Shown here: positions 26,207-35,045 of the stretch, piece by piece
Layout: each line of letters begins with the position of its first letter
Numbering within the stretch: the first letter of the stretch is position 1
Assembly (NCBI GenBank): GCA_018675685.1
Contig: JABGXP010000010.1
Location: forward strand, 1-47,426
DNA from: a bacterium
GTDB lineage: Bacteria > Patescibacteriota > Minisyncoccia > Moranbacterales > DUUL01
Length of the DNA stretch: 47,426 nucleotides
Reading direction: 5' to 3'
Notes under the pieces: model-generated
Databases searched by the model: none
The model's input: only the letters and a program-made list of their open reading frames with translations
Told to the model about the DNA's origin: nothing
Program-made: the position numbers and the translations under genes

Positions 26207-28177
26207 ATGGAAACTCACATTGCAAGTAAGGCTAGAGAAGAACCGGTTATTAGAGATTGGTATGCCATTGACTTGATGGCATATTCTCGAAAGAGCGATA
26301 GGGTGATTTGCCCAATTTGTGGAGGTACAAAAAAGGTAAATTCATGGGTTTGTTTTGGTTGCAACTACAAATGGGGTGATGAAGCAAGGCGGATCGTTCA
26401 AATCGAAATTGGGAGGAGAAATCTTGCAAACTGGGATTGGATGGTTGGGGAGAATTTGAATCCCACAAAACAGAAAGCTTTTAAAAAAGCTAATCCAGGA
26501 TTTCACATCCCAAGAGATCATCAGTTTACTCCAGAAAAAAGCTCTACCGTTAAACCACAACAAGCTTCGCAACAAAGAAGATCACAAGTGGTTGTTCCTA
26601 CTGATGAAATCAAGAAATCTGAACCACCAGTAGAAGTTCCAATAATCGAAACTGTGACTGTTGAAGCTTCTGATAAAGTGGATTTGACGGCCGAAGAAGA
26701 AAAAAATAAAAAACCTTTAAATGGTGAGACTAACAGTATGGTCAAGTCGACTGTCACGATAAGGCAGCCCAGAGAAAAAAAGATTGCAATACCAGAGACA
26801 GGTTCTCAAGCGAAAACAGGGAAATTGAAAAGAAAAGTTCCTGTAGAAAGAGGCGAAGTTGTGAGCGAGCAAGCACTTGCAGCAGTTTTAACAGAGGGAG
26901 ATTTAGAAAAAATTTCCGATGACAAAATTGAAATCATTCCAGGTTTCCAGGTTTTTGATGATATTATGGAGATGATGGCAGTTTGGAATTTCTGGAAAAG
27001 AGTTTTGTGTCCGATTTGTAGAGGGTATAAACAATCAGCCTGGTGGATGTGCAATGAATGCGCTGATAAAGAAGACGCACAAAGAAATAGATGGCTCTTG
27101 CAATGGGAGGTTGCGAGAAGAGAACCTTATGCAAATTTTATCAATGTCGAGGAGAATCTTCTTTCTCCAAAACAGCAGGAAGCTCTTTTGCAACAAGCAG
27201 TCGCATTGTTGAAAACACCTCTTGGTGATTCTTTCCGTGCTAATCCTGGGAGGTTTGCAAAAACAATTGAAACGCTTGCTGTCATACCAAATCATAAAAG
27301 ACCAGTAGTTTTCTTTATCTTAGCGAAAGTTGCTCTCGAAGCAATTGAAGCTGTTCCTGTTGAGGATGACAAAGGAGACGCACAGAGCGTTTCTGGAGAG
27401 TCCGGAGATGATTTTGCGGATTTAGATCAAATCAAGCAATTGGTAGCAGAAACTCTCCCAAGGATCGAGAGGAATTTGCGAGAGAACGAGGATATTGCAA
27501 AGGCATTTTTCACGTTCTTGAAAATGCGGTTTGAGATTTGGAAAGCTTTACGCGAAAAGGAATCTAAAAACACAAACAAGGCCACATTTTTTAAAGAAGT
27601 TCCTTGTTCTACAGCTTTTTTCTTTGACTTAAAAAACAAACTTCAGGGATCTGTAAAAAAGGCCGATGAAATCTCAAGTTTTTTCGGAACAACATTAGAA
27701 GAAGCAGTTGTCGCAGGTTTTCAGCTTATGGAAGCGCCAAAGTCGGCTAAACAGAACAATGACAAGAAAAAATCTGTAGCCAGCGCTGATGCGGAAGGCA
27801 ACTCCACTGAAACTCAAGCCAATGTTGTCAACAAGAGCGTATTGGTGCCCGAAGAAAATTATTCAAAAAAGGCACAAGTACTACTTGGGAATATTGAAGG
27901 AAATCTCAAAGAGAACCCACTTATTGCAAAAGCATTCGCTGCTTTTGTCGATAAAAGATACCAAGATTGGAAAAAGAAAGGTCTCCCTGGTGGTGCCATG
28001 GCATTCTGTAAAGAACTAGGCTTCTCATATCAAGGGTTAATAGCACTTCGTAAAGGTGGAACTGAGCTTCAGGGACTTTCGATTCAAAAGGCAAACGAAG
28101 TTTCCCAAGGGATCAATCTTTCCCTTGAGGAAATAATTGCTCTTGGTTTAAGTAACTTAAAGACAGTAAAAGAATAA
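26207..28177 (+). CDS. hypothetical 656-aa protein: 2x CPxC..CxxC zinc-ribbon module + 2x HTH-like module
   Basis: SD AAGGAGG is followed by 4 nt and then ATG. Module A spans aa 19-92 (VICPICGGTKKVNSWVCFGC). Module A' spans aa 252-327 (VLCPICRGYKQSAWWMCNEC). Module B spans aa 417-509 (NLRENEDIAKAFFTFLKMRFEIWK). Module B' spans aa 559-652 (NLKENPLIAKAFAAFVDKRYQDWK..FCKELGFSYQGLIALRKG..LSIQKANEVSQGINLSLEEII). Confidence 0.75.
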   Translation: METHIASKAREEPVIRDWYAIDLMAYSRKSDRVICPICGGTKKVNSWVCFGCNYKWGDEARRIVQIEIGRRNLANWDWMVGENLNPTKQKAFKKANPGFHIPRDHQFTPEKSSTVKPQQASQQRRSQVVVPTDEIKKSEPPVEVPIIETVTVEASDKVDLTAEEEKNKKPLNGETNSMVKSTVTIRQPREKKIAIPETGSQAKTGKLKRKVPVERGEVVSEQALAAVLTEGDLEKISDDKIEIIPGFQVFDDIMEMMAVWNFWKRVLCPICRGYKQSAWWMCNECADKEDAQRNRWLLQWEVARREPYANFINVEENLLSPKQQEALLQQAVALLKTPLGDSFRANPGRFAKTIETLAVIPNHKRPVVFFILAKVALEAIEAVPVEDDKGDAQSVSGESGDDFADLDQIKQLVAETLPRIERNLRENEDIAKAFFTFLKMRFEIWKALREKESKNTNKATFFKEVPCSTAFFFDLKNKLQGSVKKADEISSFFGTTLEEAVVAGFQLMEAPKSAKQNNDKKKSVASADAEGNSTETQANVVNKSVLVPEENYSKKAQVLLGNIEGNLKENPLIAKAFAAFVDKRYQDWKKKGLPGGAMAFCKELGFSYQGLIALRKGGTELQGLSIQKANEVSQGINLSLEEIIALGLSNLKTVKE

Positions 28178-28237
28178 TTTAAAGAGACAAGGGGTGCGGT
28201 ATTGTGCAATTCAATGAATTAGAAACAAGCAGAAAAA

Positions 28238-28272
28238 AGAGGCTTTTGAAATATTATTTCAAAAGCCTCTTT
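28238..28272 (+). terminator. 15-bp perfect hairpin terminator
   Basis: AGAGGCTTTTGAAAT att ATTTCAAAAGCCTCT followed by TT. Confidence 0.65.
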
Positions 28273-28308
28273 AAATTGGATGAACCAACGGTAAAATGTT
28301 GATTTGTA

Positions 28309-28373
28309 TTGACAAAATAACAAAAAAGAGTTACACATAAAATAGTGTATAATTTTTTCAATCTTGGTATAAT
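28309..28373 (+). promoter_or_regulatory. promoter region: TTGACA plus two tandem extended -10 elements
   Basis: GTATTGACAAAA gives a -35 at 28309-28314. TGTATAAT is at 28346-28353. TGGTATAAT is at 28365-28373. Confidence 0.45.
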
Positions 28374-28412
28374 TTTTAAAACAAGAAGTTTAAAGGATTG
28401 AAGGGGGTAGTC

Positions 28413-28727
28413 ATGAATCAACTAGAATACCTTAAGTTTATTCAGGCGAATAGGCAAGAAATTAAAGAATTTGGATTAGATAGCTGGGTATTTATAACCA
28501 GAAGTGATGATCCGAGTAGGGCAATGTGGAACCCTGAAACAGGGCTTTATGCTGCTAGAATTGATAGTGGTGGATGGAGAATTTCTCTCGAAAAAATAGA
28601 TAGGTGCCCGCATGCTGAGACTTGTCTGAAATTATTTAGCAAAGTGCCTTATGCTTTGTTAAAAGAACGGTCTATTAGGGACAAGGCTGAAGAAAAATGG
28701 ATAACAAAAAATTGCAGAAAATATTGA
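28413..28727 (+). CDS. hypothetical 104-aa protein
   Basis: I prefer ATG at 28413 because SD AAGGGGG lies 5-6 nt upstream; the ORF-track start at 28398 is a TTG. It is convergent with comM. I recognise no family. Confidence 0.55.
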   Translation: MNQLEYLKFIQANRQEIKEFGLDSWVFITRSDDPSRAMWNPETGLYAARIDSGGWRISLEKIDRCPHAETCLKLFSKVPYALLKERSIRDKAEEKWITKNCRKY

Positions 28728-28771
28728 AGAATTAACTCCTGATTTTGTCAACATACAATATAAGGAGTTTT

Positions 28772-30301
28772 TTAATCTTCTATTCTAAAGCGGTATTGGA
28801 TTGCTTCAGCTAGATGAACCGAATTTAGTTTTTGATCTCCAGCAAGATCAGCAATGGTGAGAGCAACCTTCAATAGTCGGTGGTAGCCACGTGGCGAAAG
28901 TCCAAGTTGTCTAACGGCACTTTGTAAAAGTTTCTTTTCCTGCTCTCCGATTTCACAAAATTTGCGAATTGCATGACTGCTCATCTCAGAATTTGTAAAT
29001 GTCTTGAATTTTAGAAAGCGCTCTTCTTGGTGTTTTCTTGCAGATAGAATTCTTTCTCTGATATCAAAACTTTTTTCGCCTAATTCGTTAGAAGATAACT
29101 TTTCAAATTTGAGCTTGGGAACTTCAATATGTATATCAATTCTATCCATAATTGGGCCAGAGAGCTTTCTCTTGTAGCGTGCAATTTGAAATGGAGTACA
29201 GACACAAGAACGATCAGGGTCTGTTGCAAAACCACAAGGACAAGGGTTCATTGCCGCAACAAGAATGAATTGTGCTGGAAATGTTGAACTACCTTGAGCA
29301 CGAGAAATTGAGACACTCCCATCTTCCAGTGGTTGTCGAAGGTTCTCGATCACTTCCCTAGAAAATTCCGGAAATTCATCAAGAAATAAAACGCCACGAT
29401 TAGCAAGCGAAATTTCGCCTGGTTTTGGAACTGATCCCCCGCCGACCAAGGAGATTGCACTTGCGCTGTGATGTGGACAGCGGAATGGGCGCTGGGTAAT
29501 AAAAGGCTTTTTAATACTTGTTTGTCCAGAAATTGAGTATATTCTAGTAACTTCAAATGCTTCATTGAGATTAAGAGGCGGCATAATAGAGGGAATAGCC
29601 TTTGCAAGCATTGTCTTTCCACTACCAGGAGGTCCGGACAGTAAAATATTGTGATTTCCAGCAACGGCAATTTCGAGCGCACGCTTTACATGTGCCTGTC
29701 CTTTGATAAAAGAAAAATCATTTTCAAAATCACTTTTTGTAAGTTTTTCAAAATAGGAAGTTTCCTTTTTAAGTGGACTTATTTGTAAAATGTTATTTAA
29801 GTGCTTTGCTAATTGTTTAAGTGTTTGCACTGGGAAAACAGCAAGATCTGTTACAAGATTAGCTTCTTCAGAGGATGACATTGGAAGAAAGACTTTATTA
29901 AAACCCTTTTCTTTTCCACAAAGAGCAACTGGCAAAGCTCCTTTTATTCGTCGCAAGCGTCCGTCAAGAGCAAGTTCTCCTGAAAAAATTGATTTTTCAG
30001 GGATAGCACCTATTTGTTTTGAAGCCAAGAGAATCCCAATCGCAATTGGCAAATCAAAAGATGGTCCTTCCTTTTTGACATCAGCAGGTGCAAGATTGAC
30101 AGTGATTCTGCCGAAATGATGAGGCGGACGAAAGCCTGAGTTTTTCAATGCGCTAGCAACGCGATCTTTTGACTCCTTAATTGCTGCATCTGGAAGCCCT
30201 ACGATATTAAACAAAGGTTGTCCAGGTGAGGTATCAACTTCGATTTCAATAATCATTCCCTCCATCCCAAGGATAGTAGAGGAATAGATTTTGGAGACCA
30301 T
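28772..30301 (-). CDS. comM: YifB/ComM family Mg-chelatase-like AAA+ ATPase
   Basis: 509 aa. It has an N-terminal Lon-protease-like domain. Walker A is GPPGSGKTMLA, Walker B is LFLDEFPEF, and a C-terminal ChlI-like region is present. Confidence 0.92.
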   Translation of the reverse strand: MVSKIYSSTILGMEGMIIEIEVDTSPGQPLFNIVGLPDAAIKESKDRVASALKNSGFRPPHHFGRITVNLAPADVKKEGPSFDLPIAIGILLASKQIGAIPEKSIFSGELALDGRLRRIKGALPVALCGKEKGFNKVFLPMSSSEEANLVTDLAVFPVQTLKQLAKHLNNILQISPLKKETSYFEKLTKSDFENDFSFIKGQAHVKRALEIAVAGNHNILLSGPPGSGKTMLAKAIPSIMPPLNLNEAFEVTRIYSISGQTSIKKPFITQRPFRCPHHSASAISLVGGGSVPKPGEISLANRGVLFLDEFPEFSREVIENLRQPLEDGSVSISRAQGSSTFPAQFILVAAMNPCPCGFATDPDRSCVCTPFQIARYKRKLSGPIMDRIDIHIEVPKLKFEKLSSNELGEKSFDIRERILSARKHQEERFLKFKTFTNSEMSSHAIRKFCEIGEQEKKLLQSAVRQLGLSPRGYHRLLKVALTIADLAGDQKLNSVHLAEAIQYRFRIED

Positions 30302-30542
30302 TTTGTTTTTAATTAATATTCAAAATCTTTTGAATTAAGTTTATAACAAAAAAGGATTTTAGGAAATAGGGATTGGTTATTAAACTTGAATTTGCTAATT
30401 AAGAATACACACTTTGCCTTACGAAGTTAGGTCTTTTGTTATACTTTCTAGCTGAGTTTAATTTTTTACAGAGCTCTAGACAGTTGACTTCAAGAGACAA
30501 CATGGTATTGATATCACCCCTAGCAGGTCTTTGTGGTATTAG

Positions 30543-30589
30543 AAAAAAATCAAGCGGAACCATTGAATTAAATGGAGCCGCTTTTTTTA
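30543..30589. terminator. bidirectional intrinsic terminator downstream of lspA
   Basis: AAAAAAA tc AAGCGG aa CCATT gaatta AATGG ag CCGCTT TTTTT. Confidence 0.7.
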
Positions 30590-30604
30590 TTTAAACAAAG
30601 GAGG

Positions 30605-31015
30605 TTATTTTTTACTGAAAAGTACACGAATTACAAACCAACTGGCCCCAAGTGTTATCGCGACGTCTGCGAAATTGAACGTAGGAATGTTCAGTAGTGT
30701 GATGTAATCTGTGACGCATCCGTCGAAGATTCGATCAATGATATTTGAAATTGCCCCGCCAAGTATGAATAAAAGTGCAAGGTTATTTTTCTCTAATTTT
30801 AATAGGTATACAATAACTGCTATTGACAGAAGCCATAGCACAATAAAGGCACTTGTTGGCAATTGAATACTAAAGGCAATGCCCGAATTGCAAGAAATTG
30901 TTTCAAAAAAACTCCCAACCTGTGGCAGGAGATTTTTTGTGGCCAAAAATTTAAAAATTTGATCAAAAACAAGAATACTAATCGGAACCAGAAACGCTCG
31001 CAAAAGTTTATTCAT
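30605..31015 (-). CDS. lspA: lipoprotein signal peptidase II
   Basis: Start MNKLLRAF at 31015 overlaps the stop of the upstream gene in ATGAATAA. Motifs: NSGIAFS, NIIDRIFDGCVTDY and FNFADVAITLG. Confidence 0.85.
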   Translation of the reverse strand: MNKLLRAFLVPISILVFDQIFKFLATKNLLPQVGSFFETISCNSGIAFSIQLPTSAFIVLWLLSIAVIVYLLKLEKNNLALLFILGGAISNIIDRIFDGCVTDYITLLNIPTFNFADVAITLGASWFVIRVLFSKK

Positions 31016-31355
31016 GACATTTAACACAGCTTGTTGCTGCAGGATATGCACGAAGTCGTTCTATCGGAATTTCTTCATCGCAATTTGCACAATGTCCATA
31101 AGTTCCGGCTTCCATTCGCTCCAAGGCTTCATCTACTTCATTAAGATTGTCGCTTAAAACCTTAATAAGCCCTTGAGCTGCCTCCTTCTTTTCCATCTCC
31201 TCAGCATTGTCATCTTCCTCTCTTCCAAGATCCTCAACCTTTGCCTTGTAACCCTCGTCAGTTTTAATAGCAATCTTGTCGATATCTTTTTCAAGTTTTA
31301 TTTTTTCACTAAGTAGGCCTTCTTTCAGTTCTCCCAATGTGTTTTGTTCCAGCAT
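31008..31355 (-). CDS. DksA/TraR-family C4 zinc-finger protein
   Basis: 115 aa with a coiled-coil N-terminal region. The C-terminal motif is GTYGHCANCDEEIPIERLRAYPAATSCVKCHE. Confidence 0.8.
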   Translation of the reverse strand: MLEQNTLGELKEGLLSEKIKLEKDIDKIAIKTDEGYKAKVEDLGREEDDNAEEMEKKEAAQGLIKVLSDNLNEVDEALERMEAGTYGHCANCDEEIPIERLRAYPAATSCVKCHE

Positions 31356-31523
31356 AATTCTTCAATTTATTTTTTAGATAACAGCAAATATGCCACAAAA
31401 ATTGTAGCAAAATTTAACTTAAGTCTAAGCTTATCTTAGCATAATAGATAATTTTAAGCAAAAGAATTCAAAGCAAAAGCGCTTTACAAAAAATAAATTT
31501 CCAGTTATTGTAAAAGGGTAAAT

Positions 31524-31699
31524 AGCGTTGAAAGAGTAATCACTCTGGAGCTACGAAAAGAAACCTTTTAGAAGGGAAGTAGAATTCGTCGGGTAAGCCC
31601 GTAATAGCTGTAATTAAGAGTTTTGCAAAAATGCAAAATTAAAAGAAGGTGGTACCACGGCAATCGTCGTCCTTTGGGATGGTGGTTGTTTTTGTTTTT
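31524..31699 (+). promoter_or_regulatory. T-box riboswitch leader (transcription attenuation) of ileS
   Basis: The 5' K-turn/specifier-loop region reads GCGUUGAAAGAGUA. A CGGG-UAAG-CCCG hairpin is followed by F-box-like CCCGUAA. The stem III hairpin is UUUUGCA-aaaa-UGCAAAA. The T-box sequence AAGGUGGUACCACGG is at 31646-31660. A terminator helix (ACCAC..GGAUGGUGGU) and U-run end about 25 nt before the ileS ATG. Confidence 0.8.
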
Positions 31700-31723
31700 A
31701 TAAATAATTTTAATCTTAGGAAT

Positions 31724-34696
31724 ATGTTTAAAAAATTGGACCCAAAAAGAAAGTATTCAGAAATGGAACAAGACGTGCTTTCTTATTGGAAAGAGAACGA
31801 AACCTTTGAAAAATCAATTGAGAATAGAGATAAGAGCAATGCATATGTTTTTTATGATGGCCCCCCCTTTATCACTGGCGTTCCCCATTATGGAACTCTA
31901 CTTTCTTCTATAGTTAAAGATGTAGTGCCAAGATATTGGACGATGAAAGGTAAGAGAGTTGAAAGGCGTTGGGGTTGGGATTGTCATGGTCTCCCAGCCG
32001 AGAATTTAGTGGAAAAGAAGTTAGGGATTAAAGATAAGCGCGACGTTCCAAAGGTTGGACTAGAAAAATATATTAAAACTTGCCATTTGGAAATGGTCCA
32101 AGGCGGAAGCGTTTGGGAAGACACAATTGAGAGAATTGGACGTTGGGTGGAATTTAAAAATGCCTACAAAACAATGGACAAGGAATATATGGAAAGTGTT
32201 TGGTGGGCTTTTAAAACTCTGCATGAGAAAGGGAAGATTTATGAGGGAGAGAAAGTTCTGATGTATTGCACACGCTGCGCTACACCGATTTCCAAGTCAG
32301 AAGTGGCGATGGATAATAGTTATAAAGTGGTAACAGACCCATCATCATATGTAAAATTTGAGCTTGAAGGAGAAAAAAACACTTTTCTCTTAGCATGGAC
32401 GACAACACCTTGGACATTGTCAGCTAATGTAGCACTTGCTGTTGGCAAAGACATTAAATATGTAAAAATTGCCATAACAGACATTGAAACTGGTGATGTC
32501 GAATATTACATTGCCGCAAAGGATATTTATGAAAAAGAGAATAGTTTGATCAAAGCGTCTCTAGTGGATAGGTTTAGTAAAAGTGAAGATACTGTTCCGC
32601 CAATAGTCCCAGAGGTAGTTGAAGAAATAAAAGGAAGCGACTTAGTTGGCAAAAAATACAAACCACTTTTTGAAGATCATGGTGAGAATGCTCATAGAAT
32701 AATTGCTGGAGATTTTGTGACAACTGAAGATGGAACGGGAATTGTGCATATCGCTCCTGCTTTTGGTGAGGATGACTATGTTATTGCTAAGAAAGAAAAT
32801 TTACCAATAGTGAACACTGTTGATGAAAATGGAAATTATATTGACGGAAGATGGGCAGGAAAAAATGTATGGGAAATAAACAAAGAAATTGCAAAAACAT
32901 TGTTGGCTGAAGAGGTAGTGATGAAAATTGACTATATCCAACACGAATATCCGCATTGTCATCGCTGTGACACAAAGTTAATGTATCGAGCCCACCCAAG
33001 TTGGTTTATGGATATTGAAGGACAAAAACAGAAAATGTTAGAGCAAAATGAAAACATTAATTGGTTTCCTGCTACTTTCAAAGAAAAGCGTTTTAAAAAT
33101 ACTGTAGAGACTGCCCCTGACTGGAATTTGAGTCGTGATCGTTTTTGGGCAACCCCAATCCCAGTCTGGCGTGGAGAAAAAGAAGACGGAACTGTTATTG
33201 AAAAAGTAATCGGAAGCTATGCTGAACTCAAGGAACTGTCAGGACAAGAACTTGATGATTATCATTTGCCCTATGTTGACAAAATAACCTTTGAGTATAA
33301 AGGTGTGCAAATGAAACGAGTAGAAAAAGTGATGGATTGTTGGTTTGAATCTGGCTCAATGCCATTTGCTCAATTTCATTATCCGTTTGAAAATAAAGAA
33401 AAATTTGAAGAAAATTTCCCAGGGGACTTCATTTCCGAATATGTAGGACAGGTAAGAGCTTGGTTCTATTATTTGCACGCTATTTCTGTCGGTCTTTTTG
33501 GAGAAGAGGCTTTTAAGAATGTAATTGTCACAGGAACAATAGCTGGCTCAGATGGTAAAAAAATGAGTAAATCCCTAGGGAATTACACTGATTCAAATAT
33601 TTTACTCGATCAGTATAGCGCTGATGCACTTCGCTATCTATTGATGAGCTCCCCTCTGCTTAATGGGGAAGACTTCACACTTATCGACAAAGACGTCTCC
33701 GATATTCAAAGGAAGCTAGGAACACTTTGGAACAGCTATAGCTTCTTTGTTATGTATGCCAATATTGATAAGTGGTCTTCTGACGACACAAAAAGCGCAA
33801 CAACTGGAAAAAATTTGTTAGACAAGTGGATTTTGTCTGAATTAAACAAGCTCATTAAAACGGTAGATGAGAATATGGAAGAGTATAATCTACCAGGCGC
33901 TACAAAGACAATAATGGATTTTATCGACCAATTGTCCAATTGGTACATTAGACGTTCCAGGAGGCGATTTTGGAAGAGTGAGAGTGATTCTGACAAGCAA
34001 GAAGCCTACCAAACTCTTTGGACTGTGTTGGTTGAATTTTCAAAATTAATCGCACCATTTACACCGTTTGTAGCAGACGAGATTTATCGCAATTTAACAG
34101 ATGAAGAATCAGTGCATCTTGCTGATTATCCAGTTGCAAAGGAGGATCTTATTGAAGAGGAAATTAGTAAAAAAATGGCATCGACTAGAAAGGTCATTGA
34201 ATTCGGATTGAACCTGAGAGCTGAAAATAAGCTTAAAGTCAGACAACCATTAAGTGAGTTATTAGTTTTTGCTAGTAAAGTTGAATTAGGAGAGGAATAT
34301 CTAGAGCTGATAAAAGATGAGGTTAATGTAAGAAAAGTTATACAAACCACTAATGAAGAGAAGGAAAATGAGCAATTAAAGCAAAAAGAGGATAATGAAA
34401 TTCGTGTTTATTTGAACTTGGAAATAACAGAAGAGCTAAAACTGGAAGGTGACATGCGTGAATTAGTGAGATTCATTCAAAGTGCACGAAAGAAAGCTGG
34501 CTTTGAAATCCAAGACAGGATTCAAGTGAACTACAAAGGTGGTGAAATGATCTTTAATAAATTTAGTGAAGAAATCTCAAAAGAAGTTTTGGCTGAGAGC
34601 ATTGAGAATATTACATTAACAGAGGAGTTTGATTATAGTCAAAAGATCTCAGTAAATGGTACTGAAGTTGAAATTTGGCTAAAGAAAGTTCAATAG
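31724..34696 (+). CDS. ileS: isoleucyl-tRNA synthetase (type 2 / eukaryote-like architecture)
   Basis: I chose the ATG at 31724 (MFKKLDPKRKYSEMEQDVLSYW). The ORF-track extension from 31649 reads through the T-box terminator. The HIGH region is PPFITGVPHYGTLL, KMSKS is present, there is a CP1 editing insert, and there is no C-terminal Cys4 cluster. Confidence 0.95.
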   Translation: MFKKLDPKRKYSEMEQDVLSYWKENETFEKSIENRDKSNAYVFYDGPPFITGVPHYGTLLSSIVKDVVPRYWTMKGKRVERRWGWDCHGLPAENLVEKKLGIKDKRDVPKVGLEKYIKTCHLEMVQGGSVWEDTIERIGRWVEFKNAYKTMDKEYMESVWWAFKTLHEKGKIYEGEKVLMYCTRCATPISKSEVAMDNSYKVVTDPSSYVKFELEGEKNTFLLAWTTTPWTLSANVALAVGKDIKYVKIAITDIETGDVEYYIAAKDIYEKENSLIKASLVDRFSKSEDTVPPIVPEVVEEIKGSDLVGKKYKPLFEDHGENAHRIIAGDFVTTEDGTGIVHIAPAFGEDDYVIAKKENLPIVNTVDENGNYIDGRWAGKNVWEINKEIAKTLLAEEVVMKIDYIQHEYPHCHRCDTKLMYRAHPSWFMDIEGQKQKMLEQNENINWFPATFKEKRFKNTVETAPDWNLSRDRFWATPIPVWRGEKEDGTVIEKVIGSYAELKELSGQELDDYHLPYVDKITFEYKGVQMKRVEKVMDCWFESGSMPFAQFHYPFENKEKFEENFPGDFISEYVGQVRAWFYYLHAISVGLFGEEAFKNVIVTGTIAGSDGKKMSKSLGNYTDSNILLDQYSADALRYLLMSSPLLNGEDFTLIDKDVSDIQRKLGTLWNSYSFFVMYANIDKWSSDDTKSATTGKNLLDKWILSELNKLIKTVDENMEEYNLPGATKTIMDFIDQLSNWYIRRSRRRFWKSESDSDKQEAYQTLWTVLVEFSKLIAPFTPFVADEIYRNLTDEESVHLADYPVAKEDLIEEEISKKMASTRKVIEFGLNLRAENKLKVRQPLSELLVFASKVELGEEYLELIKDEVNVRKVIQTTNEEKENEQLKQKEDNEIRVYLNLEITEELKLEGDMRELVRFIQSARKKAGFEIQDRIQVNYKGGEMIFNKFSEEISKEVLAESIENITLTEEFDYSQKISVNGTEVEIWLKKVQ

Positions 34697-34715
34697 TTAT
34701 TTAAAGGAGGTTGCC

Positions 34716-34904
34716 TTGAAACTTTATAAATTTCTAAGAAAGTGGTTTGTCTGGGAGATGGAAGAGAGCGCAAGCTTTATAGGACTTCTGAGGCTTGTTC
34801 ACTTCAGCGTTGCCAAAGCGTTGGAATGCTTTGGGTTGCTTATGTTGTTCTTTTTCTGTGATTTATTGATGAACCATAGAGATGAAAACGCTTCTTCTTG
34901 GTAG
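34716..34904 (+). CDS. candidate small hydrophobic protein (62 aa, TTG start)
   Basis: AAAGGAGG is followed by 5 nt and then TTG, 20 nt after the ileS stop. It lies upstream of the operon terminator at 34931. I recognise no family. Confidence 0.35.
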   Translation: MKLYKFLRKWFVWEMEESASFIGLLRLVHFSVAKALECFGLLMLFFFCDLLMNHRDENASSW

Positions 34905-34930
34905 AACAATGTTAGTAGGCAAAAATATAT

Positions 34931-34970
34931 AAGGTGATTGCTCAATTGAGAAATCACCTTTATTTTTATT
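34931..34970 (+). terminator. intrinsic terminator of the ileS unit
   Basis: AAGGTGATT gctcaattgaga AATCACCTT followed by TATTTTTATTTT. Confidence 0.75.
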
Positions 34971-35045
34971 TTAAAGAATAAAAAAACCGCCTTTTGGGCG
35001 TTTCTACTTATTTTTATTAAACCAGTGTTTGTTTTGGAATTGGTT

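Noticed and set aside
26250-27639. Five antisense ORFs of 70-86 aa inside the 656-aa gene (26250..26468, 26342..26575, 26521..26757, 26806..27054, 27035..27295), plus 27427..27639
   Set aside because: The sense frame is open for 656 codons, has a strong SD and shows internally repeated protein modules. The antisense ORFs are short, overlapping and lack start signals.
23221-28727. Genomic island or prophage remnant integrated at tRNA-Val (tRNA, tyrosine recombinase, lysin-like CHAP gene, orphan cassette)
   Set aside because: I found no direct repeat of the tRNA-Val 3' end anywhere downstream. The recombinase has the size and N-terminal core-binding domain typical of housekeeping XerC/D. The CHAP protein is TM-anchored like a cellular hydrolase. 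Spot-checked lines showed no obvious base-composition shift. This remains a weak possibility, noted under the cassette finding.
31649-31723. 25-codon N-terminal extension of the ileS ORF (MVPRQSSSFGMVVVFVFINNFNLRN)
   Set aside because: It is a translation of the T-box core and terminator U-run. The conserved IleRS N terminus begins at the ATG at 31724.
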